DNA of 64,000 nt from Amoebophrya sp. A120 (taxonomy: Eukaryota; Protista; Dinoflagellata): NCBI GenBank assembly GCA_905178155.1, contig CAJINV010000001.1:7075794-7139793 (forward strand). Reading direction: 5' to 3'. The notes under the pieces are model-generated. The model did no database searches. It saw only the letters and a program-made list of their open reading frames with translations, and was not told the origin of the DNA. The stretch's first letter is position 1. The number at the start of each line of letters is the position of its first letter. Positions 63,201 through 64,000 of the stretch are shown here, piece by piece. The translations under genes and the position numbers were made by a program.

Positions 63201-63776
63201 GCGACGCTCTTCCACAACGGCCAGACCGATGCGGCGTATTTGGAGATCAAGGCGCCGTCCGGCACGAACAAGAAGTACCAGGGACGGTGCGAGCAAACCG
63301 CGCCGGCGCCGTCGAACATCCCAAATTTCTTTGACTTCGACCGCGATGGGTACATTGACTACAATCACGGGACACTGGGCACGAGTACGAACGAGGGGAA
63401 GTGGGGTTTCGGCGAGGCTTTGAACTTTTGCAAGTACACACTGTACCCAAACCAAGCGATCTACGCCGGGATGAGCATCTACGTGAAGTTGATCATGGAC
63501 AACCCGACGGAGGCGATGACGAAGCACGACGTGGACAACGTGTGGGGCATCAGGATGGTGTCGCGCGGCGTCGCTGGTACGCCAAGCACGGCCAGACCGA
63601 TGGGAAATCCGAACATCTACCCGTTCAACCCGGCTTACACAAATAACGTGTTGACCGCCGAGGCCACCTACCAGCGCCCCAACGAGCCCAAGCTGTGGTA
63701 CCAGAATGTCGGGGTTGTGTCGCCTCTGGAGCAGCCGGTCTTATCGCCGACGCACTTCAGGCTGTCGACTTCTCTC
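57214..63776 (+). CDS. Giant secreted protein (paralog B), 5' part; the gene continues beyond the window. Exons 57214-58990, 59161-60606, 60755-61039, 61193-62020, 62167-63776
   Basis: Phase-compatible GT-AG junctions. Colinear with paralog A, e.g. YKIGCPSVEGTGCIT vs YKTGCPSVEGTGCIT, NSRMREVA.VFTN, VCWGRL, QLGAT...NG..DA, DFD.DGY.D.N.G.LGT.T.EG.W. Confidence 0.85.
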
Positions 63777-64000
63777 TATCAAAAGGAAAAATCCCTCCTC
63801 CCCATATCGAAACGAAATTTCTGATGCTGGATTTGGATACACAAATCAGATTTGTGTTGCAGAAAGGCATTGCGGCCAGATCCCCAGGCTAGGTGGGGGC
63901 GTATGGGTCTAGTTGCTCAGCATGGCAAACGGCCCCCCTTTAGGCCCAACAGCATGACAAATCGCCTCCATAATATGGCGGAAGCTTCTGCCCTTGTCTT
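63777..64000. mobile_element. Probable left end of a fifth introner (truncated by the window edge)
   Basis: Similarity to paralog A stops here and no GT donor lies at this point. The sequence starts TATCAAA like introner 2 (introners 3 and 4 start TATC) and contains GCATGACAA (63952-63960). Confidence 0.55.

Noticed and set aside
1-64000. tRNA, rRNA or an autonomous transposase/reverse transcriptase
   Set aside because: None recognisable by eye; a covariance-model or HMM scan would be needed to exclude divergent ones.

Overview
Eukaryotic, gene-dense genomic DNA. All six well-supported genes lie on the + strand. The intron style (short GT-AG introns plus non-canonical introns bounded by terminal inverted repeats and 5-bp direct repeats) points to a syndinian dinoflagellate such as Amoebophrya (inference). 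In order, the window holds: the 3' part of a coiled-coil gene; a 9-exon fusion of a degenerate formyltransferase-like domain with a DegT/perosamine-synthase-type PLP aminotransferase; a 16-exon, ~3,570-aa secreted/membrane-anchored protein; an intron-poor ~32-kb block; and the 5' part of a paralog of the giant surface protein. The block encodes a ~4,610-aa RNF213/mysterin-like AAA+/RZ-finger E3 ligase, a ~4,690-aa orphan P-loop NTPase with an internally duplicated module, and a ParB-like/KH-like/DEAD-like protein. Four complete introners (and probably a fifth at the window edge) share TA...TA termini, 5-bp target duplications and a GCAT[T/C/G]ACAA motif. Removing each one restores the reading frame without GT-AG ends. 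The best candidates for a new system are the putative innate-immunity block around the RNF213-like gene and this introner family. All gene models and homologies were assigned by eye; no searches were run.
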